From Candidatus Micrarchaeota archaeon (GTDB taxonomy: Archaea; Micrarchaeota; Micrarchaeia; Micrarchaeales; CABMGC01), in NCBI GenBank assembly GCA_021850625.1, contig JAJZLJ010000023.1, forward strand, positions 10,219 through 74,218: 64,000 bases of DNA. Reading direction: 5' to 3'. How positions within the stretch are numbered: the stretch's first letter is position 1; each line of letters starts with the position of its first letter. Positions 1 through 10,351 of this stretch are shown piece by piece. The position numbers and the translations under genes were made by a program. Under the pieces are notes generated by a model. That model saw only the letters and a program-made list of their open reading frames with translations, did no database searches and was not told the DNA's origin.

Positions 1-4
1 TACA

Positions 5-1093
5 ATGAATGAAAAAGAGGTTCCAATATCTATAAATCTGGAGCTTAAAACAGAGGACTTAGATTCTAAATATATGTGGTGGCTTTTGAATAACAAACTG
101 GTTGAATTAAAAGAGCAGAAATTTATAGTATGTGGAAAATGCGGGGAAAAAAGGACGTCAACAAGCGATGTGATTTTTTGTAATAACTGCGGGGCAAGGT
201 TGAATCAAACAAAAGCTATAACGATAAATAGTATAAATAAGATTAATTACGAAAAACTTTTAAGTTTAGTTGAAGAATTCTTAGTGAAGAATTTAAAAAC
301 AGAAGTATCATTCGTCAAGCGAAATATGGTTGTTTCGATATCGCATAACGGTAAAGAAATTTTAACTATATTCCCAGAAATTTCAAGCATTGAATTTCTT
401 GTAAGGAAAGACGCAGACCATTGTATAGTAGTATATCTAGATCCTAGAACTAAATATGGTAGTTCCCTATTTAAAAATAGGGCATTTTATGTTGGAAAGT
501 TTATTAGCCTAGAACAGGATAAGCTGGTAGAGTTGTTAAATGCACTTACAGAAAACAACATAAATGAATACGCAAAGGCAGAACGAGAGTTCAATCTTTT
601 TATCCAAAAAATTAGCACTATGAGTAATCAAGATAGAGGAGCAAAATTTGAACTCTTTGTTAAAGATATGCTTGACAGTCTAAAATCTATATTACCAAGT
701 AAACTAGAACACTTAAGGGTCATGCATCCTGATGATTTATACAATTCAAAAATCGTAAACATTGGAGGAGCTGGATATGAGGATTTTAGAGTAATAAACT
801 TATACGAATATCTTAGCGGTATAAAACCTGAAAAATCAGGTGAAGCAAAATGCTATAGTTCTGCGACATTTACTAAGGAGGATTTTGGGGAGGCGTTGAG
901 ACATGCTTTAGAAGATGATATATTAATTGTTGCAGCCACAGATAAGATTGCACCAAGCGTTTGGAATAATGTTATTAATATGAAAAGGCAAAAGGGGTAC
1001 TACAAATATGTAATAATTGATAGGGAATTGTTAATGATTCTGCTCGGCTTCCTTATCGAGAAAAATTCAGAGTTCTTACATTCATATTATTAG
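5..1093 (+). CDS. Zn-ribbon + Mrr-like PD-(D/E)xK restriction endonuclease-fold protein
   Basis: N-terminal CGKC..CNNC; C-terminal RGAKFE..F, GYEDF, GEAKCY and IIDRELL motifs typical of Mrr_cat-like nucleases; adjacent to R-M gene. Confidence 0.55.
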   Translation: MNEKEVPISINLELKTEDLDSKYMWWLLNNKLVELKEQKFIVCGKCGEKRTSTSDVIFCNNCGARLNQTKAITINSINKINYEKLLSLVEEFLVKNLKTEVSFVKRNMVVSISHNGKEILTIFPEISSIEFLVRKDADHCIVVYLDPRTKYGSSLFKNRAFYVGKFISLEQDKLVELLNALTENNINEYAKAEREFNLFIQKISTMSNQDRGAKFELFVKDMLDSLKSILPSKLEHLRVMHPDDLYNSKIVNIGGAGYEDFRVINLYEYLSGIKPEKSGEAKCYSSATFTKEDFGEALRHALEDDILIVAATDKIAPSVWNNVINMKRQKGYYKYVIIDRELLMILLGFLIEKNSEFLHSYY

Positions 1094-1144
1094 AAAGGGA
1101 AAGCAATTTAAGTTTGAAAGAAGATACATTGGTAGGTAATTATA

Positions 1145-4100
1145 GTGGTTTCTAAATTAGAAATAAGTTTTACAGACAAAGTCTTACTTGCTTTTAAAAA
1201 AATAAATAGCGAGATAACTATAGATTCGCTTGAACATGACTTTAGCCCTAGACTGGCCAAATATCTAATAGAGGGGGTTTTAGGATACAGCGGCTCAGAT
1301 TATACCTTTGAGCGTGGTAGGACTGACATAACTTTATTTGATGAGAATAAGAACAGAGTCGTGGTAATAGAAACGAAGAGACCAAAAGAGAATTTGGACG
1401 CCGAGGAGTGGCGCAAACAAGCTGGAAAGTACGCAGATTCAACAACACATTTTATTGGACTCACTAATGGTTATAGGTTTATCTTGTGGGAAATCAAAGC
1501 CGATGAGAAAACTTTAAAATCCGACATAGATTTTAGAGGTCTAATAAATTCAAAGAAAACTACTGAAACCAAGCTTTCTACAAAGGAGGTCGAACAAATT
1601 CTTTTCTTGAACAACATAACAAAAGAGCAAATATGGAGTGAGTCAAAATACGCTATTTTTGATCCGTATTACGCTAAAATAGACGTAGCAGAAGATGATG
1701 GATTCGATAAGCTTATTGCACAACTTAATTACATTTCAGATGACATATTACGCCAATATACTTATTCTGCGTTTGATGATTATTATGCTAATTATGCTGA
1801 ATACAAACAATCAAAAAATGAGATAGAAGAGATTAAAAAACACAATGGGGATGATAGAAAGCAAGCTTCCAAAGTAGCCACATATGAAATGAAGATAGAG
1901 GGTAAATATAAAAAGTACTCAACATTCTTAGGTTATTATATATGGAAGGCACTTTCAAACAGGCCAGATGATAAAGAAGAAGAAAATAAACAAGTTTTCT
2001 GCAAGGAATCAATCTATGTACTTATTAACAGACTTCTTTTCATAAGAATATGTGAGGATAAAGGACTTATTGGTAAGAGGATAATATCAAATGGAGGAGT
2101 GGAAAAACTGCGTGATTTACTTCACGATGAGGCCTTTCCAGACCCAGACCTCGGCGTATTTAAGCAAATAGTTTTTAACTTTTCATATGATAGAGGAAAT
2201 CACTTATACAATCATTTCTACGAAAAGAACAATCCATTAGATTGGTATGAGAGCGGAGATGGGGAACTTGATAGAGTTCTGAACCGTGTTTTGTGGATTC
2301 TTAATCAATTTAACTTTTCCAAAGTCGATAGGGACATATTAGGTAAAATTTATGAAAAATATCTTCCAAAGGAGGAAAGAAAAAGACTTGGAGAATTTTA
2401 TACGCCTGATGAAATTATTGACTATATATTAGATACCGTTGAATACTTGCCAAATAAAGCAATTGAAGGTAACGATTTGATAGATCCGGCATGTGGGTCT
2501 GGCGGGTTTCTGGTACGGTCATCAAGGAGACTCATAGCTAGATATGCTGTAAAATTTGATAAAGCCACACCTAAAGAAGCACTTGACAATAAAAAATGGA
2601 AAGATGTTCTCGAACGACTTACGCCAAAAGAATGCGAGGAGATAGTAAATGCCGTTGCGCTTCATATACACGGGTTTGATATAAATCCGTTTGCAGTTAA
2701 TATTACTGAAATGAACCTACTTTTCCAAGTAGTAGATCTTTATTTCAAAGCAAATAAGGCAAACAGAACCTTTATTGTGCCTAGATTTCAGATATATGGT
2801 ACGGATTCACTTGAAGTTCCAAACGAACAAGCTAGGATAACTCAATTCTATGATGGCTCCGGAAAGAATATGGCTAAAGATTTGGTTACCATAGAAGAGC
2901 TGAAAAAGAAAAAATATGATTTTGTGGTGGGAAATCCACCATATGTCAAGGTCCAAAATCTTGTATCAATACAAAAGGACTTGCTGGAAAAATCATTCAA
3001 AACTGCAAAAGGCTTGTATGATTTATACACACTGTTTGTTGAATTAGGCATAAACATGCTTAGCAATACGGGAAAGTTTGGATATATAATATCTGACAAA
3101 TTCATACAACGAGGATATGGAGAACCGTTAAAGGAGATCATAGCAAAAGAAACCTCTATAAAAGAAATCATTGATTTTGGCGACACTCCTGTTTTTGAAG
3201 ATGTTACAAATTATCCACTAATCTTAGTGCTTTCTAAACCTAATGACGCTACTACAGAAGCAAAAATAATCAAAATTAAGCAGGCCAAATCTGATATGCT
3301 TAAAGAAATATCAAATATAGACAAAGTAACGGAAAACCAATACATAACAGCAAAATTTATCAAACACGAAGAATTTGTAAAGGACTGGTCTTTTTCTAAT
3401 GAAAGATTAAGGAAAATACTGAATGGTTTAGATGGACTGAAAAAACTTAGTGAACTATGCGAATCCATTCAGGTAGGAATTCAGACCGGAAACGATGAGT
3501 TATTGATATTCAACCAAGAATTTGTTAAAAATGAAATAGACTCTAAATTCCTAAAACCTTATTTAAAAGGCAGAGATGTAAAAAGGTATTCAACACCCGA
3601 ACCTAAAAATTTGGTTTTGTATCCATATATTTTAGATGGCGAAAAGCAAAGACTTATTACAGAATCAGAATTAAAACTAAATCCCAAAGTATACAACTAT
3701 CTAATCGCTCATAAACCAGAACTTCAGAATAGATGGGGTGTAAAGACATACTATGATTTGCCTACTACTAGGTCTATTGAATGGTTTGAAAAAAGAAAGA
3801 TACTGACGCCAGACGTGTCAGCCCAGCCGAACTTTACTATAATTGAAGGTGGGAAATATTTCTCTAAAGGAAGTTGTTATGGTATAGTCCTAAAACAGAA
3901 TAAACTTTATGAATTCGTTTTAGGGATACTGAATTCAAAACTTACCTTTGCTATAATCAAAGAAACCAGCGCACTTTTTTCTGGAGGATACTACCGTTTT
4001 ACAACGGATTTTATGGAGCCACTACCAATTAAACTGCCAATTAATAAAAAAGAGGAAGCCATAGCAGAAAAGATAACAACATTAGTTAAGGAAATTCTAA

Positions 4101-4228
4101 AAATGAAAAAGAAAGACGCAAATTCTGATACTAACGAGCTTGAATGGCAGATAGATAATTTGGTTTATGAATTGTATGGCTTGAATACCGAAGAACGTAA
4201 GCTCATAGAGCAAGCTGTAGCTACATGA
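1145..4228 (+). CDS. Type IIG (Eco57I-like) restriction-modification fusion enzyme
   Basis: N-terminal nuclease GRTDITL..VIETK; N6-adenine MTase motifs GEFYTP, DPACGSG, VVGNPPY; TaqI-like C-terminal target-recognition region. Confidence 0.9.
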   Translation: MVSKLEISFTDKVLLAFKKINSEITIDSLEHDFSPRLAKYLIEGVLGYSGSDYTFERGRTDITLFDENKNRVVVIETKRPKENLDAEEWRKQAGKYADSTTHFIGLTNGYRFILWEIKADEKTLKSDIDFRGLINSKKTTETKLSTKEVEQILFLNNITKEQIWSESKYAIFDPYYAKIDVAEDDGFDKLIAQLNYISDDILRQYTYSAFDDYYANYAEYKQSKNEIEEIKKHNGDDRKQASKVATYEMKIEGKYKKYSTFLGYYIWKALSNRPDDKEEENKQVFCKESIYVLINRLLFIRICEDKGLIGKRIISNGGVEKLRDLLHDEAFPDPDLGVFKQIVFNFSYDRGNHLYNHFYEKNNPLDWYESGDGELDRVLNRVLWILNQFNFSKVDRDILGKIYEKYLPKEERKRLGEFYTPDEIIDYILDTVEYLPNKAIEGNDLIDPACGSGGFLVRSSRRLIARYAVKFDKATPKEALDNKKWKDVLERLTPKECEEIVNAVALHIHGFDINPFAVNITEMNLLFQVVDLYFKANKANRTFIVPRFQIYGTDSLEVPNEQARITQFYDGSGKNMAKDLVTIEELKKKKYDFVVGNPPYVKVQNLVSIQKDLLEKSFKTAKGLYDLYTLFVELGINMLSNTGKFGYIISDKFIQRGYGEPLKEIIAKETSIKEIIDFGDTPVFEDVTNYPLILVLSKPNDATTEAKIIKIKQAKSDMLKEISNIDKVTENQYITAKFIKHEEFVKDWSFSNERLRKILNGLDGLKKLSELCESIQVGIQTGNDELLIFNQEFVKNEIDSKFLKPYLKGRDVKRYSTPEPKNLVLYPYILDGEKQRLITESELKLNPKVYNYLIAHKPELQNRWGVKTYYDLPTTRSIEWFEKRKILTPDVSAQPNFTIIEGGKYFSKGSCYGIVLKQNKLYEFVLGILNSKLTFAIIKETSALFSGGYYRFTTDFMEPLPIKLPINKKEEAIAEKITTLVKEILKMKKKDANSDTNELEWQIDNLVYELYGLNTEERKLIEQAVAT

Positions 4229-4375
4229 TTTCGGGTTCAGATTTATTGCAAAACTGAACAGTGCCTGCTTATATGGCTTGCTTGGGAAAAGCTACTGTTC
4301 AGAAAGCTGGAATTTTTTATGTTTGTTTTGGTGTTTTGAAGGTGCTAGGATGAAACTAGAAAATGACGACAAACT

Positions 4376-4433
4376 CGGCCAAGGACGCGGGGCTTTCAAT
4401 CCCGCAACCCGGGTTCAAATCCCGGTGGGAGCA
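4376..4433 (+). pseudogene. 3' fragment of tRNA-Glu(TTC), probable att site of an integrated element
   Basis: Anticodon arm CGGGG-CTTTCAA-TCCCG, T arm CCGGG-TTCAAAT-CCCGG, 3' acceptor TGGGAGC-A; no 5' GCTCCCA or 5' D-stem upstream. Confidence 0.8.
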
Positions 4434-4676
4434 GTCATGCGAAGGGGTTATATATAGAAGTCCAAAAAAGTTACCTTTTTCCGATACTCTGTCATTAACC
4501 TAGTATTGCATAATAATAGACAAATAAAAATTGCCACGTTCAATGCAAATTTGAATTTTTCTAATACCATTAAAAATTTTATTTTTTTAATGTCTGATTT
4601 TCGTTGACAAACATTTATGGTATAATATCAAAAAGCTTAAAAGAGAATTAATGTATTAAGATAAGAAAACAAAACA

Positions 4677-5237
4677 TTGAATTTTGGTGGTAATATAAAA
4701 GAAAATAGGCATTTTCATGGCTTCAATTATTATCGTGAGGCTGAAGAACAATTTATAAAAGTGATTGAGGAAAACAGAGAATACTTTAAGGCAGAAGAGG
4801 CAGTGGATTTGGGAGCTGGAGGTGGAACATTTTCAAAACTGCTTAGCAAGTATGTAAGAAAGCTTTACAGCCTCGATGTTTCAGAAGATGCCATTGAGGC
4901 AATGAAAAAGAATCTTGCTGGACTGAAAAATATAGATATAATAAAGAGTGAAGAGACGAAGATGCCCTTCCGCGCTTCTAGTGTAGATCTTGTGTTTACA
5001 GCGAATTCATTCCATGACTTGCCAAAGGGCTACGAGAAGGAGATAAATCGTGTGCTCAAGCACGGGGGCAGGTTCATAGACCTTGATTGGAAAAATGTGC
5101 CAACAGAACATGGCCCTCCTATTAATATAAGGCTTTCAGAGCAAGAGGTAAAGATGAGGCTTGAACCATACAAACTGAAAGAAATCAAAAAAGTGGATAT
5201 TGGCACGCACTACATGGTAATATTTTTAAAGTCATAA
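4677..5237 (+). CDS. Class I SAM-dependent methyltransferase (start possibly ATA at 4695)
   Basis: VDLGAGGG motif I; SVDLVF and RVLKHGG motifs. Confidence 0.85.
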   Translation: MNFGGNIKENRHFHGFNYYREAEEQFIKVIEENREYFKAEEAVDLGAGGGTFSKLLSKYVRKLYSLDVSEDAIEAMKKNLAGLKNIDIIKSEETKMPFRASSVDLVFTANSFHDLPKGYEKEINRVLKHGGRFIDLDWKNVPTEHGPPINIRLSEQEVKMRLEPYKLKEIKKVDIGTHYMVIFLKS

Positions 5238-5366
5238 TTCGGAAGCTACTAAAGACGAAGTTATTTTTGTATTAAACTCTTAGTCCAATATTTTGTCAAT
5301 GAAATCAAATAAATCTAGAAATACCTATCACAAAACTAATATAACCTTTTACCGAGAAAATATTCT

Positions 5367-6560
5367 ATGGATGCCAACGAATCTATGATTTCACAACTAC
5401 TAGTCGAGTTTCAAGATTTTAAAAGTGATAGAAGTATTTCTAATGAGGATCTATTTTCAAAACTCGGCGATACAAAAAGCATCTTTAGATGGAGCGGGCA
5501 GTTTCCAAGTGGGCTTGCTGGAATATTTCTTGACAAGTATTCTAAAAATGGCGACATAATATTAGATCCTTTTGTAGGTAGTGGCACTGTATTATTCGAG
5601 GCAGCTAAACGATCACTAGATTGCATTGGTGTAGACATAAATCCTGCCGCTATAATTCTATCAGAGACAGCAAGATTTTGTAACATTGATTCTGAACAAA
5701 GGAAGGCATATCTAGAAAAACTATATATAATTATTAAAAAAATAACAGATTCCTTTGATAAACAAACAAAAAAAGGCGGTAAATTTACAATAAACGACTA
5801 TTCCTGTATAAAGAACAGGCTTGATTCTATAAAAGACCAAAACCTGCTTAATCTTCTTTTAAATGTTTTAATGCGCATGTCAATATCCGAAGAAAAATAT
5901 ACAATAACCGGACTGATTAAGTCTTTTCAGATACATAGCAAAATAATAGAGGAACTTCCATATAATAGCAAAAGTTACAGAGTTTTTAATTCTGATACAA
6001 GAGAGCTTCCACTGAAAAACAAGAGTATTAATTTAATTATTACTTCTCCTCCGTATCCTGGTGTTTTTGATTATTATAAAAATTATAAAAAAATAATGTA
6101 TCTGATTGGTAGGTCCATCTCTGAAACTTCTAAAAAAGAAATAGGACACGGCAGAGGAACAGGAAATAGAGTTTTAGAATTAATAAATTACGCAAAAGAT
6201 ATGAATAAAGCATTAATAGAGCTGCGCAGGGTTTTGAAAGAAGAAGGTAGGCTTATCTTAATAGTAAACCACGAATCAAAAATAAAAAATGTTAAATTTT
6301 CAAACTCTGAGTTATTATATATCATTGCAGCAGCATCTGGTCTGCAAATGATACTCAAACAAGAACGTTATTTTAAAAATAGGCGTGGAAATGAACTTCA
6401 GGAAGACATACTTCACTTTATTCCTTCAAAAAATAAATTCAAAACATCCAATCTCTATTTCATAGACGCAGTTGCATATTTCCTTGAAAAAGAAATATCT
6501 ATCTCAGATATTCAATCAAGAAAACTCCTTAAAGATGCATTAAATGCTTTCACTGAATAG
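5367..6560 (+). CDS. DNA methyltransferase, N4-cytosine-type, alpha motif order; no cognate REase adjacent
   Basis: ILDPFVGSGT (motif I) precedes IITSPPY (motif IV). Confidence 0.8.
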   Translation: MDANESMISQLLVEFQDFKSDRSISNEDLFSKLGDTKSIFRWSGQFPSGLAGIFLDKYSKNGDIILDPFVGSGTVLFEAAKRSLDCIGVDINPAAIILSETARFCNIDSEQRKAYLEKLYIIIKKITDSFDKQTKKGGKFTINDYSCIKNRLDSIKDQNLLNLLLNVLMRMSISEEKYTITGLIKSFQIHSKIIEELPYNSKSYRVFNSDTRELPLKNKSINLIITSPPYPGVFDYYKNYKKIMYLIGRSISETSKKEIGHGRGTGNRVLELINYAKDMNKALIELRRVLKEEGRLILIVNHESKIKNVKFSNSELLYIIAAASGLQMILKQERYFKNRRGNELQEDILHFIPSKNKFKTSNLYFIDAVAYFLEKEISISDIQSRKLLKDALNAFTE

Positions 6561-7713
6561 TTCTTAGCGAATCTCTTATAGCATATCCAAGCTCCTTAAC
6601 ATTTATTTCTTCTTCTGTACCTGCAGATATTCTTACAAAATTAAGATCCGCATTAGGCCATATTGCAGTAAAATCATACCCAAAACTTTCAATGATAACA
6701 CACGCTTCATTTACTATTGGGTTTTTTAATAAATGTTCTGCAACATCAAACTGATTCTTATTCCCTCTAGGCTTAATAAAAAATAAAGGCGCAGCTCCTC
6801 CAGGAAATTTTTTTGAAGCAAACTCAAAATTCTGATGACTTTTTAAATTCGGATATGCTATAGAAAACAACGCACCTTCCCGTTCTGCTTCTGCAGAGAT
6901 AGTTGCCAAAGTCATAGCATTTTTGAATATTTTCTGATTTCTTCGATCTAAATCAAATCTTCCTATTAATCGTTCACTTATCAAATTAGTTTGATAAAGA
7001 TCTGGAACCATACCTGTTTGTTTTCTATACTCTTTAATTTCATTAGCCACTGTAAGGTCTTTTGTATAAGCAAAACCAAAAGATCCTCTGTGTCTTGTAT
7101 AAAACTTAAGCCCACTTTCAACTCCAATGACTCTAAAACCTTCTTTTAAAATTTCCTGTGGAGAAATAAGACCTGCGGCAAGCGTATTATCAAGAATTAT
7201 AAGTGGATTTAGCTTTTTTAGGGATGGTATTTCAAAAAAACGTTCAAGATCTAAAACAGGTATATTTTGGCCATTAGCTACAGTTTCTAAGAAAATTACT
7301 TGCGGTTTGGTTTTTTCTATTAATTCCTGCAAATAGTCTATTGAATAAGACTCTGCTTCTACAGCTATAATACCTCTTTTAGTAAGGGTTTTTCCTATAT
7401 ATTTTTTATTATTTGAATACTCATTGGTTCCATGCATTATTACTGCATCCTTTGTTAAACTCGCATTTTCTATGGCAGCAACCACGGCAGACATACCAAA
7501 AGAAAAAACCATAACTCCTTCAGAATTCAAATCAAACATGTTTGCTACCTTTCTTTCTAATAGTGACAATTCTGTTGTTCCACCTCTAGGGTACTTACTT
7601 TGGGGATGTGATACATCATTACATCTAACTGCTTCTCTAAGTTCTTTTATACTATCAAAAGGCCTAACGTTTATGTACGACGGCGATTCCTTTTTATTTG
7701 CTTCCAATATCAT
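6550..7713 (-). CDS. PLP-dependent Cys/Met metabolism (cystathionine gamma-synthase/lyase-like) enzyme
   Basis: YPRGG, FSFGMSA, IFLETVAN, ILDNT, VESGLKF (PLP Lys), ESFG, VRISAGTE. Confidence 0.75.
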   Translation of the reverse strand: MILEANKKESPSYINVRPFDSIKELREAVRCNDVSHPQSKYPRGGTTELSLLERKVANMFDLNSEGVMVFSFGMSAVVAAIENASLTKDAVIMHGTNEYSNNKKYIGKTLTKRGIIAVEAESYSIDYLQELIEKTKPQVIFLETVANGQNIPVLDLERFFEIPSLKKLNPLIILDNTLAAGLISPQEILKEGFRVIGVESGLKFYTRHRGSFGFAYTKDLTVANEIKEYRKQTGMVPDLYQTNLISERLIGRFDLDRRNQKIFKNAMTLATISAEAEREGALFSIAYPNLKSHQNFEFASKKFPGGAAPLFFIKPRGNKNQFDVAEHLLKNPIVNEACVIIESFGYDFTAIWPNADLNFVRISAGTEEEINVKELGYAIRDSLRTIQ

Positions 7714-7830
7714 TAAATCACAACAATTCTTCTTTTTTGCCTATATTTAATATTCATTGTCATAAATATTCATATATGAATAAAAAATAGAAAGATTTAT
7801 ATTAAAATACTACAAAATCATTTTGATATA

Positions 7831-8349
7831 ATGTTTCCTGAATTAATCTCAATATCTATCAGAAGAAGAAAGTTAGGCCTTACACAAAAACAACTTTCTA
7901 CCAAAGCCGGAATAAGTCAGTCTTTGTTAACAAAAATAGAGCGCGGCTTAGTAACTCCTAATTATAAAACAGCATGTAATATCTTTGAAATATTAGATGA
8001 AAACGAGTATAAACAAGAAAAAAAACTATCTGACGTAATGCGTCGTAAAGTTATAACACTTAAAAGTTCTGAATATATAGAAAAAGCAGCAGAGATGGCC
8101 AAAAAACACTCAATATCCCAATTTCCCATATTAGAAAATGATAAAATTGTTGGAGCCATAACTACAAATTTACTGGTGGATATTAAAAAACACACACGAA
8201 TAAAAGATATTATGAAAGAGCCATTTCCAACACTTAGTGCTAACACTCCATTAACAATAGCAAGTAATTTGCTAAAGCAGTATCCTGCAATAATTGTTGT
8301 TCAAAATAGTTCTATAATAGGTATAGTAACCGCAGAAGACCTATTATAA
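7831..8349 (+). CDS. XRE-type HTH + CBS-pair transcriptional regulator
   Basis: RRRKLGLTQKQLS..GISQSLLTKIERG HTH followed by two CBS domains. Confidence 0.9.
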   Translation: MFPELISISIRRRKLGLTQKQLSTKAGISQSLLTKIERGLVTPNYKTACNIFEILDENEYKQEKKLSDVMRRKVITLKSSEYIEKAAEMAKKHSISQFPILENDKIVGAITTNLLVDIKKHTRIKDIMKEPFPTLSANTPLTIASNLLKQYPAIIVVQNSSIIGIVTAEDLL

Positions 8350-8436
8350 TCAAAATAATAATAAGAAAAAAAATTCAAAAGTCTTATATAATACTATCTA
8401 TATAACTTATTATAACTTAGTTATAATTGATGCCTA

Positions 8437-9192
8437 ATGTCAGATTTTATAGGAACTATAATCTTTTCCTTTATAATGGGATTTTCAATATACTTGTCAA
8501 TGCCTATTTTATTAAGAAAGAAAACAAACCCCAAAACATTATTGTTGCTTAACGCAATAGCCATAGGCATACTAATTTTTTTAATATCTGATATATTTTC
8601 AGATGTTACTCCTAATCTATATTCTACTACTTCATTGTACGGATACGGTGCAAATATTATTTTAAGTATGGTTTTTGCACTGGCTTTAATTATTGGTTTC
8701 TTTATGCTTTATTTTTTTGAAAAAAGCAGAATAGGAGGAATTACTCCTACAAAAATTTCGTTGATGGTTGCCATAGGCATAGGTCTACAAAATCTAACTG
8801 AAGGTTTGGTATTTGGCTCTTTGTCTATAAACATAGGTTTGTTTTCTGGTGCGGCGTTAGTAGTGTTGTTTGGTTTTATATTACAGAATATAACTGAAGG
8901 TTTTCCTATTGCGGCGCCACTTTTAAAACAAGAAGATAAAAAACCATGGAAAATATTTATACTTCTTTTAATAGGAGGCCTTCCAACTGTCTTCGGCGGA
9001 ATTTTTGGTTATTACTACAGTTCAACAACATTTAACATTTTTTTTGATGGTCTTGCAATAGGAGCAATACTTTATGTTATACTTCCTATGATACGACATC
9101 AATTCAAAGATGCTGATCATATCAAACAAAGATTAGTTTATGTAGGGATATTTGTAGGTTTTATAATAGGATTTCTTGTAAATTTAGTATAA
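8437..9192 (+). CDS. ZIP-family divalent metal transporter
   Basis: Multi-TM; GIGLQNLTEG and LQNITEGF signature helices. Confidence 0.85.
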   Translation: MSDFIGTIIFSFIMGFSIYLSMPILLRKKTNPKTLLLLNAIAIGILIFLISDIFSDVTPNLYSTTSLYGYGANIILSMVFALALIIGFFMLYFFEKSRIGGITPTKISLMVAIGIGLQNLTEGLVFGSLSINIGLFSGAALVVLFGFILQNITEGFPIAAPLLKQEDKKPWKIFILLLIGGLPTVFGGIFGYYYSSTTFNIFFDGLAIGAILYVILPMIRHQFKDADHIKQRLVYVGIFVGFIIGFLVNLV

Positions 9193-9264
9193 ACAACCAC
9201 TCTTACACTCTTATAAATAATATTTAATATCTTTTTATGTTGAATTTTTACCCAATAGAATTTA

Positions 9265-10293
9265 TTAATGGGAAGATGTCACAAAGTATTCTAGGGCATT
9301 CCATGCTGGTTTAGGTATTAATGTGCTAGAATTCAACAATCCAAAATCAGCACCTGCTCCAGTACCTCCAAGCAACGTATACCAATATATCTTTTTGACA
9401 AAAGAATAAGATGAAAAGAATAGCATTTCTTGATTTAAGAACAATGACTGTTTTTGTTCAGAAAGATTAAGTCCTTGGACCCAATTATTTGAAGGTATTC
9501 CTGTTTCTGTTATCCATACTGGTTTGTTGGTAAGATTTTCATAAAGCATTAATGTAAAGTTGAAGGCTTGTTTTACTGTAATATTTTGATATGCATATTG
9601 CGACAAATTATAGTAAGGTAACGAATACGCATGTATTGAAATTGCATCACAGTACTTATTGGCTCCATAATCCCACACTTGTTTATAAAAAGAATATTCT
9701 ATCTGTACGTCGTTTAAGGGGAAAAGTTCTGCACCGCCAAAACACACTATAGTCGAATTTGGTTCTTCTTTTTTAATTATAGTATAAGCTGATTTTATCA
9801 TATTAAAATAATCAAATGCACTTCCATTTTCATAACCACTCATGAACTCTCCTACGAGCGGTTCATTATATATCTCCCACGAATTAACTTCAGGATAATC
9901 TTTAAGTGCGTTGTAGACACTCGCGTTCCATGTATTAAGCGTCCAATTGCATCCGGATGTACAGCCATTAGCTGAAGGCTGTGCTCCAACTGTCTGATAA
10001 TCGAGTATTCCGAGGTATGTTCCACCATTCTTTGTTATATTTTCTACAAAATTTTCTGTTTTGTTATTTAGTGCTATATCTGTCCTAAAACAAGTAAGTC
10101 CGGATTTTAAAGCAAAATCCATTGCTGTTTTGTTGAGATCCGCATTAACACAAAAACTTTGCGAAAAGTTTTTTGGTATATTCTCAACCAGATGTTGTTG
10201 TACTACAATATTATTTTGATTAAGATAAAAATATACTACAATCAAAAGAATAAATATTGTAAGTGACGTTAATCCTATTAACAATTTTTGCAT
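9265..10293 (-). CDS. Membrane-anchored clan GH-A glycoside hydrolase (GH5/GH39-like)
   Basis: N-terminal TM; WEIYNEP acid/base, DAISIHAY, VWITETG nucleophile. Confidence 0.8.
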   Translation of the reverse strand: MQKLLIGLTSLTIFILLIVVYFYLNQNNIVVQQHLVENIPKNFSQSFCVNADLNKTAMDFALKSGLTCFRTDIALNNKTENFVENITKNGGTYLGILDYQTVGAQPSANGCTSGCNWTLNTWNASVYNALKDYPEVNSWEIYNEPLVGEFMSGYENGSAFDYFNMIKSAYTIIKKEEPNSTIVCFGGAELFPLNDVQIEYSFYKQVWDYGANKYCDAISIHAYSLPYYNLSQYAYQNITVKQAFNFTLMLYENLTNKPVWITETGIPSNNWVQGLNLSEQKQSLFLNQEMLFFSSYSFVKKIYWYTLLGGTGAGADFGLLNSSTLIPKPAWNALEYFVTSSH

Positions 10294-10317
10294 AACAACC
10301 TACTGCTATTGAATTAT

Positions 10318-10351
10318 GTGATATCTCATATGGTTAAAGCATATTGGCTTC
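10318..10351 (-). mobile_element. Degenerate IS200/IS605-type right-end hairpin
   Basis: Minus strand GAAGCCAATATG-CTTTAAC-CATATGAGATATCAC; same layout as the end at 34406-34440. Confidence 0.45.

Noticed and set aside
4376..4433. Split-tRNA half (Nanoarchaeum-type)
   Set aside because: The break is in the D-loop with no evident GC-rich complementary leader or BHB; att duplication is simpler
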